A DNA stretch of 57,117 bases. Origin: Tubiluchus corallicola (lineage: Eukaryota; Animalia; Priapulida). Position numbers and translations under genes: made by a program. Positions 39,117 to 50,011 of the stretch are shown piece by piece; positions within the stretch are counted from its first letter, which is position 1, and each line of letters opens with the position of its first letter. The notes under the pieces were generated by a model that made no database searches, had not been told where the DNA came from, and worked only from the letters and a program-made list of their open reading frames with translations. The stretch covers positions 42,556 to 99,672 of the forward strand of contig JAQGDQ010002397.1 in assembly GCA_030141605.1 (NCBI GenBank), in the 5' to 3' direction.

Positions 39117-39866
39117 CTACAATTTTCTCGCTATATAAAAACCGTAGCTATAGTAGGTGTGATATTTTTCATAGATGGCGATCTCCTTCTTTTCCGTCTC
39201 AACAATGGCGTGTGCTTGGGCACTTTCTCCGTTTCGTTCAAGAAAATCGGCAAAACCGTTCTGCATCGGTCGGTAATAATTTTCAGTCCAACAATGCTTC
39301 GGCAAGACAAAGTACGCCACGGGAGCGTAGCCGTGGTGTTCTAAAATCTTTATTTTTGACGAAGCAGTATCAACCTCCGGATACCCCTGCTCCCAATATG
39401 CCTGAAGCTCAGCAGGACGAACGGAATTGAGCCAAGTTATCTCCGAAACAACCAGCATGCCCCCCGGCTTTAAAAATTGTTTCCAGCTGGAGATGCCAGC
39501 TTCAAATCCCATGCTATAGACAGCACCTTCAGACCAGATAACATCGTACTCATCATCATGAAACGGCAACGAATCCATGGAGCAAGCAAGGGTAGAAATC
39601 TTGTCTGCCACATCTCGAGCCTTAGCATTTGCCTGAAGCGTCTCGAGAAATTCGGGCAAAAAATCCACCGCTGTAATCTCTGCATTGAGCTCTTGCGCGA
39701 GCAAAACTGTTGCCGCACCCGTCCCACAGCCGATGTCAGCCACTTTTAATCGGTCTGACTTATCAAGCATTGCGAGCTCAATAGCCTTTTTCGTTTCTCT
39801 CTCCCCACCAGGCCCCTGTCGTGCCGCAGTTCTGTGAAGGTCTATGAGCAATTGATAATCTTCCAT
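39117..39866 (-). CDS. Class I SAM-dependent methyltransferase
   Basis: RQGPG, VADIGCGTG, YDVIWSEGA, LKPGG. Confidence 0.9.
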   Translation of the reverse strand: MEDYQLLIDLHRTAARQGPGGERETKKAIELAMLDKSDRLKVADIGCGTGAATVLLAQELNAEITAVDFLPEFLETLQANAKARDVADKISTLACSMDSLPFHDDEYDVIWSEGAVYSMGFEAGISSWKQFLKPGGMLVVSEITWLNSVRPAELQAYWEQGYPEVDTASSKIKILEHHGYAPVAYFVLPKHCWTENYYRPMQNGFADFLERNGESAQAHAIVETEKKEIAIYEKYHTYYSYGFYIARKL

Positions 39867-39984
39867 CCTTTAATCCTCGCAACTATCATATTCTTTAATT
39901 CAATTCCATATCTTGTTCGAAATGGAGAACGGATAGGATCCCCACATCAAAAAATATCCAGCATTACATTGTACAACCAATAAT

Positions 39985-40959
39985 CTATATCGCTACCGCC
40001 GTATTGATGAGATAGGCTGTATATGAAACATAAACAATCAACAACACAGCACCCATAGGTCGATTAATACGCCCTTGCCTACCCTTGAAGCTGTAGCCAA
40101 TGACAAAGAGGGAAACCGTGAGGACACTCATGATCGGTATATCCCGCAGCAACGCTTCCGAATCGATCTGAAAAGGGTGTATCATTCCAGCTATACCAAC
40201 AACGGCAAGTGTGTTGAACAGATTGGAACCCAGCACATTTCCGAGAGCCATGTCATGCTCGCCCTTGCGTGCCGCGGCGATCGAAGATGCCAGCTCAGGC
40301 AACGAGGTCCCGATAGCAATAATCGTCAAGCCAATAATCATATCGCTTACACCGAAGATCTTTGCAATCTCAACAGCTCCCCACACAAAGGTATGGGAGC
40401 TGATTATGAGCAAAAGTAGGCCCACCATCAACCAAAATAAGCTCCAACCTATCGGCATGGCTTTCACAGAAATATCAGCCTCTACCCCTTCTGCTAGAGG
40501 GTCTGTTTTCCGTTTCAGCCCCTGATAAATGCTCCAGGCCATCACGCCGCCAAACACCAAGAGGAGAACAGCTGCATCTATGAAGGAAAGCTCAAGATCG
40601 GCAATCAAAAGGACAGACAGAGCCGTCACAATCACCAAAATAGGCAATTCTTTACGCAATACCGTCGAATGTATCTTGATGGGGCTTATCAAGACCACCA
40701 CCCCAAGGATGAGCGCAATATTAGCTATATTCGAGCCATATGCATTGCCAAGGGCAATCCCTGGGTTCCCTTTCAGGGCAGTCAGAGCAGAAATCACCAT
40801 TTCCGGCGCAGAGGTGCCAAAACCGATGATCACCATGCCGATCAGCAGCGGTGGCATGCCAAAATATCCTGCCGCAGAGGCTGAACCCTCTACAAACCGA
40901 TCCGCACTCCAAGCAAGCAGCACCAGACCAAAAACTAAAGCTAGAATTGCCGCTGTCAT
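39985..40959 (-). CDS. Ca2+/Na+ antiporter (CaCA, YrbG-like)
   Basis: Alpha-repeats GTSAPE...GSN and GTSLPE...GSN. Confidence 0.93.
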   Translation of the reverse strand: MTAAILALVFGLVLLAWSADRFVEGSASAAGYFGMPPLLIGMVIIGFGTSAPEMVISALTALKGNPGIALGNAYGSNIANIALILGVVVLISPIKIHSTVLRKELPILVIVTALSVLLIADLELSFIDAAVLLLVFGGVMAWSIYQGLKRKTDPLAEGVEADISVKAMPIGWSLFWLMVGLLLLIISSHTFVWGAVEIAKIFGVSDMIIGLTIIAIGTSLPELASSIAAARKGEHDMALGNVLGSNLFNTLAVVGIAGMIHPFQIDSEALLRDIPIMSVLTVSLFVIGYSFKGRQGRINRPMGAVLLIVYVSYTAYLINTAVAI

Positions 40960-41697
40960 TATCTTCTATTCCTGATCATCATCCCTCATGTCTTAGCTGC
41001 TCGACGTTTCACTCAAATTCCCTCATCCACACGGGCTCAGATCACAAACTTTGCAGTAGTTTTCTATAAAGCTTGACAACCAACCATCGCGCAAAAACCC
41101 ACGCCCTGACGCCTTGCCACAACACCCAAACCAATAGCAACGCTAGTATCTGATGAGGCTTACAGCCGGTAAAGCTCTTCACCAATGCTCAAGGCATCTG
41201 CACCTCCAGCATATCACAAAATGACATATATCATCGTCAACTGAATGTAGCCCATATTGCTCAGACTTGCATAATTTGCAAATTAATTCAATCATTCTTC
41301 CCAATACCCCGCTTTGACGCTTTTTAGCCACAAATTCGAGCATTACCTCAAACTGATCCATATTTGGATGTAAGCAATGCAGTTGCTCTATAGCGACCAA
41401 TGCGGTATTGCTGCCTGGCAAAGCGACAATATCTTTGCTTTTACTTCACTTGCTAACTCAAGACTACTGAAAGCACCGTTATCGATACCAAGATCGGCAA
41501 ACCCTAAAGCCTACAGCTTCCCCGGAGAGCACTTGAAAGGAGTATGGTTTCAAACAATATAAGAGTTTATTTTAAAAAACATTCAATATTTTATGATATT
41601 ATTCTGCATATTTACAAAACAATGTTTCGAATAATCCTTTTGCTTGATAATGGGTGTATCTATACAGATAAAAAACTCGATGTATTCAGTTTTTTGT

Positions 41698-41751
41698 TTG
41701 ACATGGTGCTAACTTTAGGCATATACTAGAATAATCCGAACGACATTCGGA
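41698..41751 (+). promoter_or_regulatory. Promoter and candidate operator of the M24/TRAP operon
   Basis: TTGACA-N18-TATACT; inverted repeat TCCGAA-N5-TTCGGA (41735-41751) just before the RBS. Confidence 0.55.
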
Positions 41752-41765
41752 AAAAAGGAGGTGTT

Positions 41766-42917
41766 ATGAAAGGTTTTACTGGATTACCAATTAATATTTT
41801 TAAGGAGAGGGTTGTTAGGCTAAAAGAGGAAGTGAATAAGCAAAAACTAGACGGTGTGTTTATTTTTTCAGACGAGTATAGAACGGGGTACACCACATAT
41901 ATCTCGGACTTTAAGCCTATTAACATGATCGAAGAGTCGCCCCAGGGTGCTTACATCACAAAAGATGGCGATATAACACTATTCTTAGGTGCAATAAATG
42001 CTCAAGCGGCTAAAAAGGTGTCGTGGATAGAAGACATTAGAGATATTGAGACCATAGACAAGTTCTTTAAAGAAAGGTCAAATGAGAAAGGTTCCTTTCT
42101 ATCCATTGGACTGTCGGGCGAGGATCTACTGCCCGCAAGATATTATAGAATGATCGAAAAGCTACTTACAGATAGTGATTATGTAAACTTTGACTGGGTT
42201 TTGCATGAAATGAGAATGGTGAAATGCCCTGAGGAAGTAGCACTTATCAAAAAGGCCTGTGAGATAGGAGATGAATCCTTAAGAACTATATTGAGGGAAT
42301 TGAAATCATCGGATGAAGAGATCACAGAGATAGGTCTCTGCGCAATTTCTGAATATACCATGAAGAAGTTGGGGGGAGACTTGAGCTGTGCAACTGTACT
42401 GGCTTCAGGATTGAATACCAAAAACCCAACATGGAGACCTACTCACAAGGTTGTAAATGAAGGAGATGCCATACTGGCAGACGTTGCGCCAGCTTATAAT
42501 GGTTATGCTACAGATGTGGCGATTACACTGTTTAACGGAACGTGTAGCGATGAACAGCAAAAGATTATCGATTCCGCCAGAGATGTTGTCATCTCCTCAG
42601 TGGATTCACTAAAGCCGGGAGAGAAAGGTTCCAGAATTTACGACCTATTCTTAGAAAAATCAATTGAGCTAAATGTAGACCAGTACTTTACACCTTATGC
42701 TGTCGGCTTGAGAGCTGTGGGTCATAGTATAGGTCTAGACTGTGTTGAAAGACCTAACTTAGACAAAGATGCTGACTTCATCTTAGCAAAAGGGATGACG
42801 CTGGCACTAAAGTACGATCTGCATGGTTTTGATTGGGGTGGGCTGAGAATAGAGGCTGTGTTTGTCGTAGAAGATGACAAATGTACTATGCTGAACAGAA
42901 TTTTGTATGAAATTTAA
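41766..42917 (+). CDS. M24/creatinase-fold hydrolase 1 (non-canonical)
   Basis: Creatinase-N-like domain, RMVK..EE, D.....GY.TD, GHSIG, RIE; K at the usual third Glu ligand (LALKY). Confidence 0.85.
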   Translation: MKGFTGLPINIFKERVVRLKEEVNKQKLDGVFIFSDEYRTGYTTYISDFKPINMIEESPQGAYITKDGDITLFLGAINAQAAKKVSWIEDIRDIETIDKFFKERSNEKGSFLSIGLSGEDLLPARYYRMIEKLLTDSDYVNFDWVLHEMRMVKCPEEVALIKKACEIGDESLRTILRELKSSDEEITEIGLCAISEYTMKKLGGDLSCATVLASGLNTKNPTWRPTHKVVNEGDAILADVAPAYNGYATDVAITLFNGTCSDEQQKIIDSARDVVISSVDSLKPGEKGSRIYDLFLEKSIELNVDQYFTPYAVGLRAVGHSIGLDCVERPNLDKDADFILAKGMTLALKYDLHGFDWGGLRIEAVFVVEDDKCTMLNRILYEI

Positions 42918-42981
42918 TTGTTAGGTGATTGTATAAACGCAGCTTAATCAATGTATTAGGCTGCCTAAAGTGGGGAAGATA

Positions 42982-43968
42982 ATGAAAAAAATAAAGCTTG
43001 CAGTATTGCTTTTAATATCAATGAGTTTTTTAGGATGTAAAAGCAATGAAAAAGATACTTATGTCTTAAGGATGGGAATCGTAACGAGTGGAAACCATAC
43101 CCATAACAAAGCTATTCAGGCATGGATCCAGGAAGTTAAGGAAGAAACGGAAGGTCGCTTGGAAATCAGACTTTTGGAAAGTGGACAGCTAGGGGGAGAA
43201 AGGGACTACATCGAGGGAATGCAATTGGGAAATATCGATATGGCTCAAGTTTCTTCAGCAGTAATCAGCAATTTTTCACCCGACTTTAACGTGATGTCTT
43301 TACCTTATGTATTCACTTCTTATGAAAGTTTAGAGGATCTTGTAAACGGGGAGCTTGGTGACGAGCTATTTGAAAGGCTGGAAGGGATAAATATCACGGG
43401 CTTAACATGGTTTTCTAATGGTTTCAGATCGATTTTTACAAACAAAGAGATAGTTACCCCAAGTGATCTGAACGGCATGAAGATAAGAGTGATGGAAAGC
43501 CCGGTTATGATTAATGCGCTAAACGCGATGGGAGCATCGGCAACTCCAATGGCTTATTCAGAACTATACACCGCTATCCAGCAAGGAGTATTGGACGGTG
43601 GAGAGAATGCACCGGGGAATATTCTGAATGACAAGTTTTATGAAGTTAGTAAAAATTTGAGCCTTACTGAACACTTCGCAACCCCTGGCATAGTCGCAAT
43701 TAGCACCAAGTCTCTAAGAAAGCTTCCGGAGGACTTGCAAGAATATCTCAAAGAATCAGCCTTAGAGCTCGGGAAGATTGAAAGAGAAATGGATAAAAGA
43801 AACCAGCAGTTAGCTGTAGAGCAGTTAAGGGAACAAGGAATGGCCGTTAACAAGGTCGATAAAGAATTATTTGTGAAGGAGGCGATCGCTATTTATGAAG
43901 ACTCATGCAAAGACGTTTCTCCTAAAATGGTGGAATTGTTAAAGAAAGAATTAGGCATTGAGTTTTAA
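42982..43968 (+). CDS. dctP: TRAP substrate-binding lipoprotein
   Basis: FLGC lipobox; QLGGERD, KIRVMES, ELYTAIQQGVLDGGEN. Confidence 0.92.
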   Translation: MKKIKLAVLLLISMSFLGCKSNEKDTYVLRMGIVTSGNHTHNKAIQAWIQEVKEETEGRLEIRLLESGQLGGERDYIEGMQLGNIDMAQVSSAVISNFSPDFNVMSLPYVFTSYESLEDLVNGELGDELFERLEGINITGLTWFSNGFRSIFTNKEIVTPSDLNGMKIRVMESPVMINALNAMGASATPMAYSELYTAIQQGVLDGGENAPGNILNDKFYEVSKNLSLTEHFATPGIVAISTKSLRKLPEDLQEYLKESALELGKIEREMDKRNQQLAVEQLREQGMAVNKVDKELFVKEAIAIYEDSCKDVSPKMVELLKKELGIEF

Positions 43969-43983
43969 CGTGAGGAGAATGAG

Positions 43984-44463
43984 ATGAAGAGAATAGAGAA
44001 ATTTCTCGATATTTTGCTAGATGTCTCCGTCATTCTATGCGTTTTTGTAATGGTCATAGTTGTATTTCTGCAAGTTATTTTTCGATTTGGGCTCAATAGC
44101 CCACTTTCCTGGTCTGAGGAATTAGCTAGATTTCTTTTTGTGGCAATAACTTTTTTGGGAGCTGCAATTTGCGCCAGGGAAGATCGACATATAGGTATGG
44201 ACTTTGTAGTGAATCGACTTAAGGAGCGTACCAATGACATCTTGAACAAGATAAAGTACGTATTAATGGTAATCGTTTCACTATCCATTGCGGTGGCGTC
44301 ATTAGAGGTAATTAAACTGAATTTTTCTCAAAAATCACCAGCATTAAAGCTGAACATGGGCATGATTTATTCAGTTATAACCATAGGGTTTTTGTATATT
44401 GCAGTCTACTATACAAAAACTTTCATCAAGCTAATGAAGGCTAGAAAAGAGGAGGCGAGTTAA
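43984..44463 (+). CDS. dctQ: TRAP small permease
   Basis: QVIFRF...WSEELARF...FLGA......HI. Confidence 0.92.
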   Translation: MKRIEKFLDILLDVSVILCVFVMVIVVFLQVIFRFGLNSPLSWSEELARFLFVAITFLGAAICAREDRHIGMDFVVNRLKERTNDILNKIKYVLMVIVSLSIAVASLEVIKLNFSQKSPALKLNMGMIYSVITIGFLYIAVYYTKTFIKLMKARKEEAS

Positions 44464-44464
44464 A

Positions 44465-45611
44465 GTGCTTATAAGTTTATTCCTAATCTTTGTCGTACTT
44501 GTCGCGCTTAATGTGCCTATCGCCTTTGCAATGCTAACGGCTTCGGTGTGTGCTTTGCTGATAGAGGGGATGTCCTTAAGTATGGTTACTACGAGATTAT
44601 TTGTCCAGGTAGACTCATTTCCGCTCATGGCCATACCATTTTTTATCCTAGCTGGTGAATTGATGAACTCTGCAGGAATAACTGGCCGGATAGTGCATTT
44701 GGCTCAAGCATTAGTTGGTCATATAAAGGGCGGATTAGCCCATGTTAATATTCTTTCGAGTATATTTTTTGCGGGCATTTCAGGTTCTGCAACTGCAGAT
44801 ACCTCAGCTCTGGGGTCAACATTAATACCAGTAATGAGACGAGACGGTTATAGTCCTGAATTCAGTGTTGCGGTCACGGCAGCCTCCTCAACAGTAGGTC
44901 CCATTATCCCGCCCAGCATAATGATGGTGATGTACGCAGTAATTGCCAATGAGTCTGTGGCAAAACTGTTTATAGGAGGTTTAATCCCTGGTGTATTGGT
45001 GGGAATAACTCTGATGTTTATGTCCTATAGGATAGCAAAAAGGGAAGGATATGGCTCGGTAGGGAAATTCTCACTAATCAAGGTATTGATCGCTTTGCAA
45101 AAATCGATCCTGGCAATTGTAATGCCGTTAATAATTTTGGGTGGAATTTTATCAGGGATTTTCACAGCTACGGAAGCAGGTGTTATAGCTTGTGTGTATG
45201 CTCTATTTATCGGAATGTTTGTCTATAGATCAATTACTATTTCTGACCTACCACAATCACTCTTAAAGTCAGCAAAAGTAACTGCTCAGGCAATATTTAT
45301 AGTAGCTTCCGCCTCCATGTTTAGCTGGATCTTGGCGTGGGCTGGATTCCCAAAAATGATGCTGGATGTACTATTATCCATCAGCAATAATCCAACGGTG
45401 GTGCTGCTATTAATAATAACCTTTATCTTACTACTCGGCTTATTTGTAGAAGGGACGCCTGTATTAATAATATTTGCCCCCATATTCGTTCCGATAATGG
45501 TAGACTTGGATATATCTTTGGTTTTATTCGGTGTGCTATTCATAATGACCGTTTTGGTAGGCTCCATAACTCCGCCGGTGGGTGTGCTTCTGTACCTGGG
45601 ATGCGGGATAG
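44465..45611 (+). CDS. dctM: TRAP large permease, 3' end lost in the assembly gap
   Basis: AIPFFILAG, ISGSATAD, IIPPS, TATEA, TPPVG. Confidence 0.93.
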
Positions 45612-46439
45612 NNNNNNNNNNNNNNNNNNNNNNNNNNNNNNNNNNNNNNNNNNNNNNNNNNNNNNNNNNNNNNNNNNNNNNNNNNNNNNNNNNNNNNNNN
45701 NNNNNNNNNNNNNNNNNNNNNNNNNNNNNNNNNNNNNNNNNNNNNNNNNNNNNNNNNNNNNNNNNNNNNNNNNNNNNNNNNNNNNNNNNNNNNNNNNNNN
45801 NNNNNNNNNNNNNNNNNNNNNNNNNNNNNNNNNNNNNNNNNNNNNNNNNNNNNNNNNNNNNNNNNNNNNNNNNNNNNNNNNNNNNNNNNNNNNNNNNNNN
45901 NNNNNNNNNNNNNNNNNNNNNNNNNNNNNNNNNNNNNNNNNNNNNNNNNNNNNNNNNNNNNNNNNNNNNNNNNNNNNNNNNNNNNNNNNNNNNNNNNNNN
46001 NNNNNNNNNNNNNNNNNNNNNNNNNNNNNNNNNNNNNNNNNNNNNNNNNNNNNNNNNNNNNNNNNNNNNNNNNNNNNNNNNNNNNNNNNNNNNNNNNNNN
46101 NNNNNNNNNNNNNNNNNNNNNNNNNNNNNNNNNNNNNNNNNNNNNNNNNNNNNNNNNNNNNNNNNNNNNNNNNNNNNNNNNNNNNNNNNNNNNNNNNNNN
46201 NNNNNNNNNNNNNNNNNNNNNNNNNNNNNNNNNNNNNNNNNNNNNNNNNNNNNNNNNNNNNNNNNNNNNNNNNNNNNNNNNNNNNNNNNNNNNNNNNNNN
46301 NNNNNNNNNNNNNNNNNNNNNNNNNNNNNNNNNNNNNNNNNNNNNNNNNNNNNNNNNNNNNNNNNNNNNNNNNNNNNNNNNNNNNNNNNNNNNNNNNNNN
46401 NNNNNNNNNNNNNNNNNNNNNNNNNNNNNNNNNNNNNNN
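45612..46439. other. Assembly gap (828 N)
   Basis: Run of n characters. Confidence 1.
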
Positions 46440-46529
46440 CCTAGCCTCCTGGCCATAGCCTGAAGCATGAGTTGGAAGAATTGGTTAAGACGAGCCAGAA
46501 AATCTCTTTAAAAATGGGATACAAAACAA

Positions 46530-47606
46530 ATGATTAACGAAGAGTTTTTGGGAAAGATCGAGCACCTAAGAAGTGTATTAAGGCAAAACGATGCCGGGGG
46601 AGTTGTCGTATCGAAGTATGAAAACTTAAGTTGGCTGGGTATAAAAAGACCCAATGTCCTCTCACTTTCGGAAAGCAGTATCCTGAAAATAATTGTTACT
46701 TTTCAGAAAGTTATACTATTAACGAATAATATCGAGATCGAAAGGCTTGTCCAAGAGGAGATACCAGCTGATATTAAGGATAATTTCACACATGAAGTTT
46801 ATCCGTGGCATGAAAACGTAAACGATATAGTTAGGGAAAATTACCCCGGTTGTGTGGAAGATTCTGCACTAGAAAAAGACATCAAGAAGTACAGAATGAT
46901 ACTGAGTGCAAGAGAATTAAAATCTGCGACCTTGTTGGGACAAGATATTTCAGAAATTATAAGAAATACTCTAAAGTTTGTAAAAGCTGGAAAAACAGAG
47001 ATAGAAATCAGCGCAATAATGCAAAAAATGTGCATTGAAAAAAGGATAGACGTAGGGCTAGCCTTATGCGCTGCTGATGAGAGAATCTCTAAATACAGAC
47101 ACCCTCTCTCCACAGACAAGAAAATAGATAAACTTTGCATGTTAGCATTGACTGTTAGAAGAGAAGGGATCTACTCCTGCATCTCCAGGATGGTGGCATT
47201 GGCTCCCCCTGATGGGGAGCTATTAATGAAAAGAGACGCTGTCCTGAAGGTGGATTGTGCGTATTATGAAATGACCAAGCAGGGGGTCTCCTTAAGTGAG
47301 ATATTTACCAATATCAAAACAATATATGCAAAAAATGGCTTCCCAGATGAGTGGCAAAATCATCATCAGGGAGGAGCAACAGGTTACTTATCAAGAGAGA
47401 TAAAGATCGATCAAGACACAGAAGAGTGTGTAGAAAACGGTATGCTATTCGCTTACAACCCCACTGTAGCAGGCTATAAAACGGAGGACACCTTCTTCCT
47501 ATTAGATAATAAAAAGGTTGTGACAACTCTTCCTTCGGATCTTCCGATGATTGAAGTAGAGTTTGATGGCATAAAATATAACAAACCAGACATTATAGTT
47601 ATTTAA
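46530..47606 (+). CDS. M24-fold hydrolase 2 (HHQGG type, non-canonical)
   Basis: YRHP, HHQGGATGY..RE, AYNPT, KTEDT; lacks both Asp metal ligands. Confidence 0.8.
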   Translation: MINEEFLGKIEHLRSVLRQNDAGGVVVSKYENLSWLGIKRPNVLSLSESSILKIIVTFQKVILLTNNIEIERLVQEEIPADIKDNFTHEVYPWHENVNDIVRENYPGCVEDSALEKDIKKYRMILSARELKSATLLGQDISEIIRNTLKFVKAGKTEIEISAIMQKMCIEKRIDVGLALCAADERISKYRHPLSTDKKIDKLCMLALTVRREGIYSCISRMVALAPPDGELLMKRDAVLKVDCAYYEMTKQGVSLSEIFTNIKTIYAKNGFPDEWQNHHQGGATGYLSREIKIDQDTEECVENGMLFAYNPTVAGYKTEDTFFLLDNKKVVTTLPSDLPMIEVEFDGIKYNKPDIIVI

Positions 47607-47647
47607 ATGGTGGGTGAAACATAGGATACACTTCCATAGATAGCCAG

Positions 47648-48781
47648 TTGATTAAGCGTAGAGTTGAAAAACTGACGAAAGGATTAGAACGCGACGGTTT
47701 AGAAGGGATATTAATCTTCAATGATGGACTAAGGCCTAGCTATAGTCTGTATATATCCGATTACAGATCCATAGGGGATATAGAAAGATCCGCCCAGGCT
47801 GTATTTATAGCAAAGGATGGGGTAGCCCTTTTCTTGGAAGAATGGAACAGAACTCAAGCAGAAGGATGCACCTGGATAAAAGATATCAGGGACATCAAAG
47901 AGATCGAGCCTTTTTTTCAAAAACTAAAAAAAGAGAGCAAGGTTGGATTAGCCGGCATTGAAAAGCTGCCTTATCTCCACAAAAAAGTTATAGACAGCAT
48001 AGGAGAGAGCATCAAATTTGTGCCATACGATGTTGAGATTGATAGGTTGAGGATGATTAAAGATGAGGATGAGGTTAAGTTGCTTAAAGAAGCCTCAAGG
48101 CACGCAAATAGAATCATCAAAAAACTTATCGATGAGCTAGAGGTTGGCGACACGACAGAAAAAGCATTGGCGGCAAAAGGTGAGTTTTTAATAAGAAGGT
48201 CAGGCTTGGATATAGGGTACGATACAGTTGTATCTTCTGGAGTAAATACTTGTGAAAAAACATGGCGACCAAGCGATAAAATTATTAGAAATGATGAAGT
48301 GTTAATGATCAATTTAGTGCCGCAATATAATGGCTACTGCTCCTTTACAACAATGTCGTATTCTATAAACAATCCCTTCATTCAAGAAGTTTGTGAGAAA
48401 GCAAAAAGAGTTATCAGGGAGACTGTTGCGGGCATAAAGGAGGGGGACAGCTCCCAAAAAATATACGAATTATACTGTAGCTATTCAAAAGACTACGGAC
48501 TTTTAAATAATTTTTTACCCCTGAAGGAGGGTGAAAAATCTATAGGTCACAGTACAGGTTTAGAGGTGGTAGAATACCCGTTTCTAAGTAAAGATACCCG
48601 AGTTATTTTAGAAAAAGGGATGGTTCTTTCTTTAAAATATTGCTTAAGTGGTTATGAGTTTGGAGACGTAACCTTTGAGTATAACGTACTTATTGATGAA
48701 GTTGCCCATATGTTAAATGGTGAACTGTTTGAGGAGCACAACCACAAACGGAAACACGGGCATCCCTTGGGAACTGCTTAG
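47648..48781 (+). CDS. M24-fold hydrolase 3, degenerate paralog of hydrolase 1
   Basis: RMIKDEDE, TWRP, N.....GY.SF (both Asp lost), GHSTG, LSLKY, TFE. Confidence 0.8.
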   Translation: MIKRRVEKLTKGLERDGLEGILIFNDGLRPSYSLYISDYRSIGDIERSAQAVFIAKDGVALFLEEWNRTQAEGCTWIKDIRDIKEIEPFFQKLKKESKVGLAGIEKLPYLHKKVIDSIGESIKFVPYDVEIDRLRMIKDEDEVKLLKEASRHANRIIKKLIDELEVGDTTEKALAAKGEFLIRRSGLDIGYDTVVSSGVNTCEKTWRPSDKIIRNDEVLMINLVPQYNGYCSFTTMSYSINNPFIQEVCEKAKRVIRETVAGIKEGDSSQKIYELYCSYSKDYGLLNNFLPLKEGEKSIGHSTGLEVVEYPFLSKDTRVILEKGMVLSLKYCLSGYEFGDVTFEYNVLIDEVAHMLNGELFEEHNHKRKHGHPLGTA

Positions 48782-48950
48782 AGCCTTTGTTGAATCACAC
48801 AGTCCGATTGATTGGCAGAGCCAGCATACTTCCCTTAAGGTCAAGAGGCAGAAGCCACGCCTTTCAAGAAGGCTGCGTAAGTTTTCCGGTCAACGGAAGA
48901 ATCAATTGAATACCTGAAGGAAGGAGGCTATTACCGTTGCCTTTTCACTT
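48740..48950 (+). pseudogene. Fragment of an unrelated, probably island-derived gene overlapping the end of M24-3
   Basis: WELLRAFVESHSPIDW...KRQKPRLSRRLRKF / ESIEYLKEGGYYRCLF read across two frames. Confidence 0.35.
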
Positions 48951-49009
48951 GCCTTTTCACTATTAAACCTGGATACTATGAAAAATATTAAAGTAGGAGA
49001 TTTGTTGTT

Positions 49010-49441
49010 ATGGAAGCGCGACTAAGCATTATAAGCCTCGGAGTGAAAGACCTTGAGAAAGCCCGGATATTTTACCAAAAAGGACTTGGCTTTCCTGTTG
49101 CAGGCATATCAACTTCAAAAATTGTTTTTCTCAAAACCAACGGCACCTGTCTGGCGCTGTATCCTGCAGACAAACTGGCTGAGGATATCGGCATTGAGTT
49201 TCATGAATGTACGCCCGGGTTCAAGGGCATTACGATTGCCCATAACACCCAGCGCAAAGATGAAGTAGACGAGATACTTCAGGCAGCCCAAGATGCTGGC
49301 GGAAAGGTTTTAAAGCCTGCTGCTGATACTTTTTGGGGTGGCTACTCAGGATACTTTTCTGATCTTGATGGACATATTTGGGAAGTTGCATACGCTGACT
49401 TCTGGAAATTTGACGCTGTGGGAAACCTTGTGTTGGATTAA
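49010..49441 (+). CDS. VOC/glyoxalase-family protein
   Basis: ISLGVKDLEKARIFY..LG, ITIAHN, DTFWGGYSGYFSDLDGHIWEVA. Confidence 0.92.
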   Translation: MEARLSIISLGVKDLEKARIFYQKGLGFPVAGISTSKIVFLKTNGTCLALYPADKLAEDIGIEFHECTPGFKGITIAHNTQRKDEVDEILQAAQDAGGKVLKPAADTFWGGYSGYFSDLDGHIWEVAYADFWKFDAVGNLVLD

Positions 49442-50011
49442 TTCTTTCCGCTGGAAAACCGAATAAATAACATTGAACAACTCAGGAATATCCCAGCGGT
49501 ACCGGGTTGTCACCTGAACATAGGCATCGTGAATGGTTGCCTCTTCGCGAATGGCGCTTTTAAATTCAAAAACCACCAAGGGCAAACCATTGATGTATAG
49601 GATGCCGTCCGGTATCCGCTTTTCGTATCCAAGAATTTCGAACTGATTTACCACCTTGTAGATGTTATGCGTGGCATTGTAAGGGGCAACGACGGTTTCC
49701 ACCTCTGTCGGCTTCGGCCCACGCAGTTCAGTAAGATCCTGATAGTCCAGCAACTGGATATACAGATCTTTTTTGCTGCGATCTTCGCGTTTCAGCAGAA
49801 AGCCATCAGAGACCATCTTCATGATGGCTTTGTTGCTTTCGTATAGAGTCGGTTGCATATCGCTTAAACAGATATGCTTTTAAATCATCCTTAATCAAAA
49901 CCTCATTGGGCTTTCTCGGTATGGTCTGTCCAAGAACGTTCTCATAGCCTTCAACTTCCAGAAGCTCAATGATTGCAAGTTCAACTTTTCCTCTATACAT
50001 TTGGTGCTCAT
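49438..50011 (-). pseudogene. hsdR: Type I restriction endonuclease subunit R, N-terminal remnant
   Basis: ELAIIELL..GY, VVNQFEI....RIPDGILYINGLPLVVFEFKS (HSDR_N); frameshifts and an apparent internal deletion; truncated at the VOC gene. Confidence 0.88.

Noticed and set aside
41179-41562. Short ORFs between the antiporter and the M24 operon as an IS remnant
   Set aside because: No transposase motif, terminal inverted repeats or target duplication seen
44465-46468. Long ORFs of 659, 310 and 285 aa in the ORF track
   Set aside because: Artefacts of translating the N gap
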